Of a DNA stretch of 64,000 nt, positions 23,829-36,408 are shown in pieces. This DNA is from Prorocentrum cordatum (taxonomy: Eukaryota): assembly GCA_963575745.1 (NCBI GenBank), contig CAUYUJ010000193.1, positions 1-64,000 of the forward strand, read 5' to 3'. Numbering within the stretch: the stretch's first letter is position 1; each line of letters opens with the position of its first letter. Both the position numbers and the translations under genes were made by a program. The notes beneath the pieces are model-generated. The model saw only the letters and a program-made list of their open reading frames with translations, had not been told where the DNA came from and did no database searches.

Positions 23829-26800
23829 TACTGCATGTTCGGGTCGGACGCATTCCTCCAAACACACATCGTGATAGTGTGTCCTTGTGCGTCCCCGCTC
23901 CGGTCGGCGGTGACATCCGAACCCTGCCCTCGCCGACCAGCGGTCCAGGCGACCCGATGGTCCGCGGGGGCTGGGCTCGGAGTGCGTCGGCCCCGTCGCG
24001 AGATGCGAACCCCACCCCCGCCTCCCAATCCCTTCAGGAGGGTCGATGTTTGGCGAGGGGCACGGCTCGGATGTCGCCACCTGTCAGGGGGGCGCAGCGC
24101 GCGCAGCGGGCGCGCTCCGCCGGCAGGAGTGGGGGCGGGCCCGCGGCGGCGGCGGTGGCCATGGGGCGGCTGACTCGCCGCCCGCGGGCGCGGCCACGGA
24201 GGAGTGGCCGCGCGCTCGGGCTCCAGATCGTGCGGCCCCCCGCGTGCTCGCGGCGTGCGGTGGTGGCAGCGTGCGGATCGTCCTCCTCCTGCTGAGCTGC
24301 CTCTCTCGTCGTCGCCGTCGTCGTCCTCCTCCCTCCTCCCGCCTCCCACTCCTCCTCCTCCTCCTCCTCCTCTTCCTCCTCCTCCTCCTCCTCCCCTCCT
24401 CCTCCCTTCCTCAACCCCTCTCCTCCCTCTCCTCCCTCTCTTCTCTCTCCTCCGTCTACTCCCTCTTCTCCTCCTCTCTCCTCTCTCCCCCCTCCTCCAC
24501 CTCCCTCCTCCCTCCTCCCTCATCCTACGCCCTCCCACCTCCACCCCACCTCCTCCTCCTCCCTCCCTCCGTTAATCCTAATTCCCGTCCCCTCCCCCCC
24601 TCCTCCTCCTCCAACTCTCCTCCTCCTCCTCCTCCACCTCCTCTTCTCCTCCTCGCCCCCCTCCTCCTCCTCCTTCCTCCCTCCTGCTTCCTGGCCCCCT
24701 TCCCTTTCCTGCCTTCTGGCCTGTCAGGGGTATTTTTTTTGGGGGGGGGCGGGGGATCGGCTCGGGGGGGAGCGTATCGACCCCCACAATCGCCCACTGA
24801 TCGCCGATCGGGGCCCGGAGCGCCCGCACCTCCCGGCAGCGGGCGCTCTCGCTGTGGGGGGCCCCTCGCCCAGCTGTCGGCGATGTGCAGCCGACTGTCA
24901 GGCCCGAGGTCTCCCCCTCTGAGCCGGCCCCTGCCCACTCCGAAGGTCTCTCCATAAGCGTGGGGGGGGTGGATCGCGTGGGGGGGTGGGGAAACCGCGG
25001 TCCTTCGGGGGGCGTGGGGGGGTTGGGGAGCGAGAGGGGGCGGGTTTGGGGCGCGTGGGGGGGCGGGCAGGGGGCGTCGGACAGGTTGGCACGGGTGTGT
25101 GTGTGTGCTTCTTGAAGGATCTGGAGCAACGTCCCCCCCGTGTCTCCTTCGTGGGCGTCAGTGGGCGACGCGCAAAAGGGGTCGTCTCCGCCGACGTTGC
25201 CGCGTCAGCCGCCCGCGCAAGGCCGCGCGTGCGCGCCCTCGTCTCCACTGTAGCGTGCCGCGCCGGCGGCCCGCGTAAGCCACCGCGTAAGGTCGCTACG
25301 TCCAGTCGCGTAAGGCCAGTCTTTGGTAGTCGCTCACTGGGTGCGTGCGCGCCCCGCCCTCGCGAGCCGCGTCGGGCTGTCGTCGGGCGGCGCCAGCCGA
25401 GCCGCGCGGGTGGCTGCGCGTTTGTCGATGCCCGCCGCCCCGATCGAGCACGCAGGCGGCAGGCAGGGGCCAGCAGTGGCTGGGGGGGGGGTCAATGATG
25501 CAGTACTTCGGTTTGGATCCGTGAGTGGATCAGTCCAAGATGTTAATGTTGAGGCTGTGATGCCTCGTTTGATTTTTGAGCCGGCTACGATGCCCGGTGT
25601 GTGGCCTGGGGCCGGGGCTGTGGCCCGCCAGTCTTGGGGGAGGTCAGGTAGGGCTCCGCGGAGGCCACGGTCAGACGATCCGAGGAGACGAGTTGGGGTT
25701 CCTTCTATAGAGCTCCTAGAGAGATCGCGCCGCATGGACGATGCATCGGCGATATGGCTAGAGGTGGAGCCCGGTTTTCTCCACGCTGATGGCACTCGCC
25801 GACGTCGCAGGTGCATCGCCGACCCACCGGCGATGTATCGCCGATGCGGCGCGATCCTCCGACCACATCTACTCGGACCTCATCTTGGAGATCATCGCTG
25901 TCTGGGCTCTTTACGTGACAGCTGCTACTCTGCTCGCCGCCGCATTTCAGGTCGTCTGCGGCATTTCTCGCCGTTTCGAACTCGATCCAACAACCGTGGC
26001 GTTTTTATATGGAGAGGCCGTCTCCCCAGACCGCATCTGGCGGGATACATTCGGCATCCTACGATTCTGAAGGCAACCATTCTGTTCGGCAGAGCCTTCG
26101 ACCTGGCCAGATCGCACCTGTGCGTTGCTCAGGCCACACTGGGGCCTCTTTCGTCGACAAGGGTCTGTGCTGCGCCCACAGTCACCGACCCACTGTGCGC
26201 TAGCCGTCGCGTAAGAGACGTCTGGCAGATAGTGCCCCGTAGTTCAGGCTCTGCGTCATCATACGGTATTTCGCCGGTGCAGCTTTGGTGCGCTGAGGGC
26301 CGCTTCCGGGCGCGCTTTTGCCTGGATTGTGCGAATACCCTTTAGTAAACGCTGGCCAGCACCCCCAGTTTCGCATGTTGTTGCAACGCAGATTCAGTTC
26401 CTCGCTTAGTGACCCCGCGTGGCGAACTTCACCGAAATGCTGTGAGGATTATTCTTCTGTGCATTGAACATACGTATTTGCGCCGTTCTCAGTGTAAGTC
26501 GCGTGAAACTGTTTCTATTATCACTCGACAATGCATATGGGGTTCGTGGACAGCGCCAGCAACTATGCTTTGGTTCTCAGGTCCCAGCATGACATACCAA
26601 AGCCATACAACGGTCTGGAGTCTGGAGCGACATCTGACCTTCCCAAAGGTCAGCCAGTGAGCCCATAGCGGCTTCCTCCTTGGCTTCTCCTTGACGCAAT
26701 CCATTTCTGAATATCTATCGCCCCATACAGCCAAGACTCTGCGATAAGGACCGTTTTTCATCGGTGATCAAGGAATCCCTGACCATCATAACAGAAAGAG

Positions 26801-26859
26801 CGTGCTCTGCCGCTGCTGGCAGACAACTGGGGGGGTCACTGGGGGTTTCCAACCCGTCC

Positions 26860-28010
26860 CCCTCCCCTCTCGAAAACCGAGGGGGGTCACTGGGGGTTCC
26901 AACCCCCCCCCAGCCCATCATGAAAGGGGGGGGGGGGTCACTACCGGTTCGAACCCCCCCCCCTCCTCGCCGCCGGCAAACGAGTCATTCTCCTCCCATA
27001 CTCCGGATGGGGGATTGGTGGGGACAGTGGTTGGGACGGTGGTGGGGATGGTGGTGGGGAGTGGGGACAGTGGGACAGTGGCGGGGACAGTGGGAAGAGT
27101 GGGACCGTAGTGGGGACTGGTGGGGACAGCGCGACAGTAGTGGCGGCACTGGTGGGGACAGTGGGGACAGTGGTGGGAAGAGTGTGGACAGTGGGACACT
27201 GGTGGCGACAGTGGGGACTGGGGACAGTGGGACAGTGGTGGGGACGGTGGTGGTGGGGACAGTGGTGAGGGGACTGGGACAGTGCTGGTGGGGACAGTGG
27301 TGGGACAATGGGACAGTGGTACATTTGGGAGAGTGGTGGGGACAGTGGGGACAGTGGGGACTGGGACAGTGGTGGGGACTGGGGACAGTGGGACAGCACT
27401 GGGACAGTGGTGGGGACAGTGGTGGGAACAGTGGGGACAGTGGGACAGTGGTGGGGACAGTGGTGGGGACAGTGGGGACAGTGGGACAGAGATGGGAACA
27501 GTGGTGACTGTGGGGAGAGTGGGACCGTGGTGGGGACAGAGGTGGGGACAGTGGGATAGTGCGACAGTGGTGGGGGCACTGGTGGGGACAGTGGTGACAG
27601 TGGTGGGAACAGTGGGGACAGTGGGACAGTGGTGGGTACTGTGGGGACAGTGGGACTGTGGTGGGGACGGTGGTGGTGGGGACACTGGTGAGGGTACAGT
27701 GGAACAGTGGTGGGGACGGTGGTGGTGTGGACAGTGGTGATGGGGACAGTGGGACAGTAGTGGGGAGAGCGGTGGGAACAGTGGGGGCAGTGTGACAGTG
27801 GTGGGGTCAGTGAGGATAGTGGGACAGTGGTCGGGACGGTGGTGGTGGGGACAGTGGTGAGGGCGGTGGTGAGGACGGTGGTGGGGACCCGGGAGTCGTT
27901 TGTCGGCGGCGACGGGGGGGGTTCGAGTCGGTAGTGACCCCCTCGGTTTTCCGCAGGAGGGGGGGGGTTCGAATCGATAGTGACCCCTCTTGGTTTTCGG
28001 AGGGAGGGGG
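26860..28010. mobile_element. Foldback-like element: inverted ends enclosing a ~900-bp (GGGGACAGT/GGT) minisatellite
   Basis: Left ggtcactaccggttcgaacccccc...cgccgccggcaaacga and right tcgtttgtcggcggcg...gggggttcgagtcggtagtgacc. Confidence 0.7.
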
Positions 28011-28122
28011 GGGTTTGGGGGGGGGGCTGCCGGGGGAGGGGGCGGGGACTGGTTCGAGCAGGGGGGGGGTTCGGGGGGAGGAAGAAGGGGGGAATTTTCA
28101 ACAGCAAAGCGGCGGTGGATCA

Positions 28123-28173
<51 letters not shown>

Positions 28174-28643
28174 CACGATGAAGACGTAGCCTCACTGAGA
28201 TCCGCGTCTATGCATGAGGGATACTAGATCTGGGCAGTTTGATTCGAAACATCAGCAGACAAGGACCCTATCCCTAATGTCCTTGGCCCTCCTGACTCTG
28301 GCCCCCTCCCGAGGGGTTGGGGGTCCCTGTGTTGCTAAGCAGCTTGGGGCTCAAGAGTCGCTCTCAGGCCGTTCGTCAGATCTAGGTCGGGGAGCCTACT
28401 CGTGGCCTCGGCGCGCCGTGGGGACATCCCCGCCGTTCCCGATCCGGCATGTTATGTGGCGGCACGACGTGCCAAAGATCCGATATGGCAGCTCGAGCAC
28501 GGCGCGCCGATGATCCGACCGCGCACCATCTGCAGCCCGTCCGCTGCCCCCCCCCCCCCCTCAAAGTGGCATGCACCTCGCGCGCCCGACATGCCCCGAG
28601 GCCCCGAGGTCGGCCGCGCCAGGCGCGCACGGCATGATGTTAA

Positions 28644-28779
28644 GTCGGGCGTGTCCCTCTACAGATATTCAGAAGTTGTCAAGAGCTAGCCCGGGAACGA
28701 TTTTTCGATGACCTTTGATCGTTTTTCGAGTGATTTTTTCTCCTCCCAGATTTGCCGCCTGCAGGAGGACATGCCCGAC
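28644..28779. mobile_element. MITE family E (~22-bp TIR GTCGGGCRTGTCCCTCTACAG); other copies 56196-56331, 59452-59790, 62752-62900; orphan ends 6990-7014 and 16278-16299
   Basis: gtcgggcgtgtccctctacag ... ctgcaggaggacatgcccgac with an AT-richer core, repeated four times in the window. Confidence 0.85.
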
Positions 28780-29020
28780 CTGAGCACGATGGTCAAGGTG
28801 GCAGGCGGACCTCGAAGAAGAAAAAGCGCCACAAGCACAAACCTTTGGGCGCTCCGCGCGGCTCCCCTGGACCTGCACTGGGCCTCCCCAGGGCGGCGCC
28901 TCGAGCGCTGCCCCCCCGGCGCGCCCCCGCCGCGGATCCAAGCAGTCCGCGGCGGAGCGCCGACCGGCTTCTGTCTGTGCCCTTCTTCTTCTGGGGCCGC
29001 CGTGGATGCACCCCTGCGTT

Positions 29021-29241
29021 CGATGCTCGTTTCGGGGACCTTCCTGGAGCCCACCTGACGGATCTGTTCGACCCCAGTTCGACTCTCAAGTTCGACTCAA
29101 GTTCGACTCAAGTTCGACTCAGGTTCGACTCAGGTTCGACTCAGGTTCGACTCAGGGTCGACCCAAATCGACTGGCGTTCGACGCAGCTTCGACGCACGA
29201 GTGGAGCGAGTGGCTCCAGGAAGGTCCCCAGAACGAGCATC
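29021..29241. mobile_element. TIR element (~30-bp IR) enclosing an 11-bp tandem repeat (GTTCGACTCAR), ~7 copies
   Basis: gatgctcgtttcggggaccttcctggagcc versus ggctccaggaaggtccccagaacgagcatc. Confidence 0.75.
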
Positions 29242-30165
29242 CAACTTGCAAGCTTGAGGCCGCTCCGGTCTTGCCTGCCCGTTCTGCTGCCCCTGCTTCC
29301 GTGCGACGCCGCTTCCCAGGACGGGATCCGGTCGTGCTCGCTCGGCGTGGGCCTCTGGGCCTTGCTTCGCCCCGCGCGGCGAAGGACCGCCGGAGCGGGC
29401 CGTGTCATCGGAGCCCCTAGTCACCGAGCGCGTTCCACGACTCGCGAAGTGCCCAGTCGCAAGCGTCAGGAGAAAGATACGTCTTTTCCCTGATCAGAGT
29501 GCATCGCAGATCCCCCCACTTGCGAGTGGTGACTTCGCGAGCAGTGGAACGCGCTTGTCCACTTGGAGCCCTCCTCCTCCTCCTCCTCCTCCTCCTCCTC
29601 CTCCTCCTCCTCCTCCTCCTCCTCCACTTGGAGACTTCGAGGATTTTGCAGGAACCGACCTCTGAGTGCTCCTCGAGCGCCTCGCGGAGCCGCCCCCCTG
29701 CCTCCCCCCCCCCTCCCTGCCCCCGCCCCTGCCCCTCCCTCCGCTCTCTCTTCCTCCTCCTCCTCCTCCCCCCTTCCCCCCTTCCCCTGTTCCTCTTCCC
29801 GACCTCCTCCCCACCTCGCTTTCTCCTCGCATTCTCACCCCTGAATGCTCCCTCCTCCCTCGCCCTTCCTCCCTCTTCCTCTCTCCCTGGCCTCTCCCCC
29901 CCCCCCTGCCTGCTCCCCCCCTTCCCCCCCCCCCCCCTCCCTCCCTCTGACATCCTGCACCCCGAAACGCCGAGGCTGCACGACGAGGCAGAATTCGATG
30001 GGGAGACTCCTGGCCGCTCGGCCGAGCTGGCCGCCTTGCTGGAGGCCTCCGAGCCGCGTCGTCGTCGTCAACGTCGTTGTTCGCGGCGTTGTCGACGTTG
30101 GCGTCGTCGTCGTCGTCGTCGCCGTCGTCTTCGCCGTGGTCTTCGTCCTCGCCGGTATCGTCGTA

Positions 30166-30233
<68 letters not shown>

Positions 30234-30834
30234 GTTGTTCGAGGTATTGGTTATGATGGTGGTCGCCTGTCGTCCTCGTCCCTCTCCTTCTCCTCCCCTG
30301 TCCGCCTCCTCTGGCCCTTGCCGCTGCGGTCCACGCGGTGACGGAATGCACAGGCCGCGCCATTTGGCGCGGGGTCAGTGCCAGGATGGTGCGGCAGGCG
30401 GCTTCCCCCCCCCACCCCCGGGCCGGCAGTGGTGTGGCAACGCAGGGCTCGAGCTGAACGGTGTGTTGGCGATCTCGTAGGCCGTTTTCGTTCTGATTTC
30501 GTTTTGCAGCACGGAGGAACGCGAAGACAGCATGGACACGAAAAGCACTGTTTAGCTCGAGCCCTACAGTGATGTGGCAAAGGGCTCCCCCCGAGGGCCC
30601 CTCCCGACGGCCAGCACCCCAGGCACCCCAACGTCATGCTGTGTCTTGCGACGTGTGCCCCTGGAGGCTTAGTCTACTTCCTGGGGCCCGTTTCTCATCC
30701 CGGGTCGCCTGTGGCCGTCCAGGGCCAGGTCGTTGCCCCCGGAGGCCGAAAGAGAACCAAAGTTCGCCCGCCGTTTTTGTCCCAACCACCCTGTGGGATT
30801 GGGTCCTCGTTTTGAGGAGACAGCGCCCCGCGAG

Positions 30835-30927
30835 CTCCTCCTTCCTCCTCTCCTCCTCCTCCTCTCCCTCCTCCTCCTCCTTCTCCTCCTCCTCCTTTCC
30901 CTCCTCCCTTCTTCCTCCTCCTCGTCG

Positions 30928-30959
<32 letters not shown>

Positions 30960-30979
30960 ATCATAATCATTATCATCAT

Positions 30980-31041
<62 letters not shown>

Positions 31042-31480
31042 GCATCATCATCAGCATCATCATCATCATCACCATCATCACCATCATCTTCGCATCATCA
31101 CCATCATCATCATCATCGCCGTCACCATCACCATAATCGTCACCATCATCATAATCATCATCACCATCATCAGGATCATCATCATCATCATCATCACTTC
31201 TTATTGCTATTATTATTGTTATTATTCTTATATTTTTTAGCAGCTTCATTACTATTACTATTATTATTCTTATTGTCACTATTATTATTAGTATTATTAT
31301 TCTTATTTTTATTTACAATTATTATGAATTGTCTTATTATTATTATTATTATTCTTCTTCTTATTATTATTATTGCTATTATTATTATTATTATTATTAC
31401 TATTATTATTGTCATCATCACTATTATTATTTTTATTATTATTATCATTATCTTACTATGAATTTTATATTTATTATTAC

Positions 31481-31525
<45 letters not shown>

Positions 31526-31526
31526 C
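30835..31526. repeat. Compound (CCT)/(CGT)/(CAT)/(TAT) microsatellite; similar tracts at 33148-33535 and 62075-62520
   Basis: Directly visible. Confidence 0.95.
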
Positions 31527-31624
31527 CGTAAGGGTTTCGTCCCCTGCCGCCAGCCCCTTCTCTCGGGGAGTGGGCCATGGAGGAGCGAAATCATGAGGTC
31601 TGGGCGCCGCCGTGAAGCAGTGTC

Positions 31625-32905
31625 GGGACCTGTTTGTTTTTCGACCCTGACCCTACGGATCTGCGTCAGGGGTGCCACCGAATTTCAGAAATGTGGCGAA
31701 TCCCGTGTGTTTTTGGACTCTGACCCTACGGATCTGCATGAGGGGTGCAGCCGAACTGCAGAAATGTGGCAAATCCTTGTGTTTTTGGTTCCTGACCCTG
31801 CCGATCTGCGTGAGGGGTGCCGCCGGATGTCAGAAATATGGCACATCCCTTGTGTTTTTGGACCCTGACCCTACGGATCTGCGTCAGGGGTGCCACCGAA
31901 TTTCAGAAATGTGTCGAATCCCGTGTGTTCTTGGACTCTGATCCTACGAATCTGCATGAGGGGTGCAGCCAAATTTCAGAAATGTAGCAAATCCTTTGTG
32001 TTTTTGGTTCCTGACCCTGCCGATCTGCGTGAGGGGTGCCACCGAATCTTAGAATTGTGACAAATCCCTTGTGTTTTTGGACCCTGACCCTGCCGATCTG
32101 CGTGAGGGGTGCCACCGAATTTCAGAAATGTAGCAAATCCCGTGTGTTCTTGGACTCTGACCCTACGGATTTGCATGAGTGGTGCCGCCGAATGTCAGAA
32201 ATGTAGCAAATCCTTTGTGTTTTTGGTTCCTGACCCTGCCGATCTGCGTGAAATTTTAAAAATGTGGCACATCCTTTGTGTTTTTGGACCCTGACCCCGC
32301 TGATTTGCGTGAGGGGTGTCACCGAATTTCAGAAATGTGGCACATCCCTTGTGTTTTTGGACCCTGACCCCGCCGATTTGCATGAGAGGTGCCACCGAAT
32401 TTTCGAAATGTGGCAAATCCCTTGTGTTTTTGGACCCTGACCCCCCCGATCTGTTTGAGGGGTGTTACCGAATTTTCAGAAATGTGGCAAATCCTTCATG
32501 CTTGTGCACCCTGACCCCGCCGATCTGCGTGAGTGGTGCCGTCGAATTTCAAAAATGTGGCAGATCCCTTGTGTTTTTGTACCCTGACCCCGCCGATCTG
32601 TTTGAGGGGCGTTACCGAATTTTCAGAAATGTGGCAAATCCTTTATGCTTGTGCACCCTGACCCCGCCGATCTGCGTGAGTGGTGTCGTCGAATTTCAAA
32701 AATGTGGCAGATCCCTTGTGTTTTTGGACCCTGACTCCGCCGATTTACATGAGAGGTGCCACCGAATTTTCGAAATGTGGCAAATCCCTTGTGTTTTTGG
32801 ACCCTGGCCCCGCCGATTTGCGTGAAGGGTGCCACCGAATTTCAGAAATGTGGCACATCCCTTGTGTTTTTGGACCCTGACCCCGCCGATCTGCGTGAGG
32901 GGTGT
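31625..32905. repeat. 73-bp tandem satellite, ~17 copies, with higher-order structure
   Basis: gaccctgaccctgccgatctgcgtgaggggtgccaccgaatttcagaaatgtggcaaatcccttgtgtttttg at 31861, 31934, 32007, 32080 and onward. Confidence 0.96.
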
Positions 32906-33268
32906 AAATTCTTACCCACCCCAGCAATTCAGACAATACGTTTTGGGCGTTGTGAAAATGCCTGTTTTGGGCCTCTCCCCTCGCGCGGTCCATCAACAAG
33001 GAACAGTAAGCAGCAAGAAGTCAATAAGGAACAGTAAGCAGCAAGAAGCAGAACTGTAACAGTGGGAACTGGAAGCTGCAACTTATACAGGAAACTGCGA
33101 ACCTTAGCCCTACAACCTGGTGGCCTTACAACGGGGCCAGCGGATGATTATTCTTCTTATTTTTATTTTTATTTGTATTTGTATTTGTATTATTTGAATT
33201 ATCATAAGCATCACCATCATCATCAGCATCATCAGCATCATCATTCTAATCATCATCATCGTAATCAA

Positions 33269-33350
<82 letters not shown>

Positions 33351-33544
33351 GTCATCATCCTCATCATGCACATCATCATCATAATCATCATCATCATCAT
33401 TCTTATTATTATTAGTCTTATTATTTTTTACTACTATTATTATTATTATCATTATTATTATTATCATTATCATTATTATTATTATTATCATCATCATCAT
33501 CGTCAACATCATCGCCGCCATCATTACTATCATCGCCACGTGTG

Positions 33545-34640
33545 GCTGCGCACCCCTTACACGGTTCGTGGCCCCACAGCGAGGCCCACCGAAGGTCTTA
33601 GTGGCACCGTTCGCATGCGTCCCCCCATCCAATTCGGCACCCTCACACGGTTCGGGGCCCCAGAGGGAGCTCCAGCGAAGGGCCCAGTGGCACCGTTCGC
33701 ATGCGTCCCCCCACCAATTTCGGCACACCCCTCTCACGATTCAGGGCCCCAGAGGGAGCTCCACCGAAGGTCCCAGTGGCACCGTTCGCATGCGCCCCCG
33801 CTCATTTCGGCACACCACTCTCACGACTCGGGGCCCCAGAGGCAGCTTCACCTAAGGTCCCAGTGGTACCGTTCGCATGCGCCCCCCCGCTCCTTTCGGC
33901 ATTCCCCCCACAAATTTCGTGGCCCCATAGGGAGCTTCACCGAAGGTCCCAGTGGCACCGTTCGCATGCGCCCCCCCCGCTCATTTCGGCACACCCGGGG
34001 CCCCAGAGGGAGCTTCACCTAAGGTCCCAGTGGCACCGTTCGCATGCGCCCCCCCCGCTCCTTTCGGCATTCCCCCCACAAATTTCGTGGCCCCATAGGG
34101 AGCCTCACCGAAGGTCCCAGTGGCACCGTTCGCATGCGCCCCCCCGCTCATGTCGGCATTCCCGCCACACGTTTCGTGGCCCCATAGGGAGCTTCACCGC
34201 AGGTCTCAGTGGCACCGTTCGCATGCGTCCCCCCATCTATTTCGGTACACCCCTCATGCGTTTCTTGGCCCATAGGGAGATCCACCGAAGGTCCCAGTGG
34301 CACCGTTCGCATGCGTCCCCCATCTATTTCGGCACACCCCTCACACGGTTCATAGGGAATTCCGCCGAAGGCCCCAGTGGCGGTGTCCACATGCGTTTCC
34401 CCCCCAGCCATGTCAGCACACCCCTCACACGTTTCGTGGCACCATAGGGAGCTCCACCGAAGGCCCAAGCGAAACCGTTCGCATGCGTCTCCCCCAGTCG
34501 TCACGGCACACCTCTTACATGGTTACTCGCCCCAGAGGAAGCTCACCGAAGGCCGCAGTGGCCATGGTCGCATGCGGCCGCCCCACCCAGTTCGGCACAC
34601 CCCTCATGTGTTTCCCAGGGGGAGCTCAACCGAAGGCAAT
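33545..34640 (+). repeat. ~88-bp tandem repeat; same family at 44395-44890 (+), 56850-57050 (-) and 59010-59165 (-)
   Basis: ggccccayagggagctccaccgaaggtcccagtggcaccgttcgcatgcg...ttcggcacacccctcacacg. Confidence 0.9.
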
Positions 34641-35178
34641 ATTCACAACGACAGTACCTGCAACTGCTTCTGGTTGGGCCCTTCGCCGTGATAATTTTTC
34701 ACGACGCTCCAGGGGCCGGTAGCCCCTCCAAGAGGGGCTGCTCAGGGAGAGCTCCTCCAAGGCCCCGTCCCCCGCCTTCTGAGCGGGCCTTTCCCGTCTC
34801 TGCGCCCTCTCGCGCACCCTACCCCTGCGGCTCCACTCGACGCCCGGGTGTCGGACACCCCCGCTGGGGTCCACCTGGCTGCAGACGTCCTTCGAGTTCT
34901 GAAGCCCAGCTGGCGTTTCAGCAACCTGGCCTGCAGGGGTAGGTCTCCCGTGCCGTTGCCCACCGTCGCCCCGTCCCTCCCCAGCGCGCGCCGCTCGGGA
35001 GGCGCACGCGTGCCCGGGAGCGCCCCCGGAGCGCGATACGGCTGGCGCGAGCGCCGCCCCCGCGGGCGAGGCTGGCGCCGCGGCCGCGCGCGCGGCCGCC
35101 GCGCGCGGGGCGCGCGGCCGCGGCCGGAGCGGTTCGTCGGGCCGCGCGCCAGGCGAGCCCGCCCGCGACGCTGCCTCC

Positions 35179-36408
35179 GTGGCGGGCGGCGGCCTCGGTG
35201 GCGGCGCGGCTGCCCGCTCCCGCTCGGGGAGCTCCGCGGCGACCCTGGACTACGACCGCGAGGGGAGCGTGGCCTGGGGGGAGGGCGCAGGCCCGCTCGC
35301 GGGGCCGCGCTGGGCGCTGCCTCCCCCTGCCGCGCTGGCAGCCGGAGGGGACGACGGCGGCCCAGGCAGCCCAGCGGACACGGAGGCCTACAGCTGCGGC
35401 GGGAGCGCGGCGGGGAGCCCGGTCTCGAGGAGGAGGAGTCCGCCGACGGCGATAAGTCCGACGCAGCCGTGCCAGAGTGGGTCTGCTGCTGCGCTGGACC
35501 AAGAGTGCCGCACAGCCGTCGGCGCTCGCGGGGTGGCCGCCGCAGCTCCGACAGCGCTGCCACCTGCCACATCCAGTTTGAGACGCTCGAGGTCCAGGCC
35601 GCGCCTGGGCGCGGAGCAAGCCCATGGCTGGTGGCGGGCGGCCGCCGCCGCTGCCGGCCCTCCCGCCCAGCGCGCTGGGAGCCCTGCCGGGCTGGGCGTT
35701 CCGCGCCCGGGCGAGGCGCCAGGTGGCGCGCTGCAGGAGGACCCGGCGGGCACCAGCGGGCAGGCGGACTGCCAGGGCGCCGCCTCCACGACCGCAGCTG
35801 CTGCCGCGGCGACTCCGCCCGCGGCCAACCTGGAGGGCCCTGCCTCCCCAGAGGCCGCGGCGCCACCGACGGCAGGCCAGGTCCGCCGCGGCGCGCGCGC
35901 GGCGGGGGCCGCCGTCGCGGCCGCGCCCTCGGGCGGCAGGGCCGGCCTGGGCGCGGGGGCCGCCTCGGAGGCTGCGAGTGCGGCCGACGGCGACAGCCAG
36001 CGCAGTGCCGCCTCCACCGCCGCAGGGGCCAGTGGCAGGGCTCGCCGGCGCCAGCTGCGCGCGCCCGCCAGGGAGCCTGCCCCGCTGCCGCCCGCGCCGA
36101 AGACGGGGACCGTGTACTGCCTCGGGAACGTGCCGCGTGGCGCGGTGGCGCGGCGGGCCTCGCTGGCCACGCCGAAGGCCCCACGCCTCAGCGGGCTGCT
36201 CCGACGGCGCCGCCTCTCGCAGGCCGCGCCCCCGGGCGCGTCGGACTTCGACGACGCCTGCCAGGCCCTCTTCGTGGGGGGCGCCGGCGCCCCCAAGGCT
36301 GCGCCGGCCGCGGCCCTCTCCCTGAAGGAGCTGCTCGCGGCGAAGGCCGAGGAGCGGAGGCCTGGGGATTGGAGCCAGCACCAGTGTTGGCGGTGTGCTC
36401 CCGCCGAG
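35179..36408 (+). CDS. Probable exon of an Ala/Ser/Pro-rich protein, ending LSLKELLAAKAEERRPGDWSQHQCWRCAPAE
   Basis: Long open frame in non-repetitive, very GC-rich sequence. ATLDY and DTEAY motifs resemble ETQAY. Boundaries uncertain; it probably starts further upstream. Confidence 0.5.

Noticed and set aside
25480..26810. Coding gene or decayed retroelement in unique mid-GC sequence
   Set aside because: No recognisable motif in the frames I translated; a translated homology search is needed.
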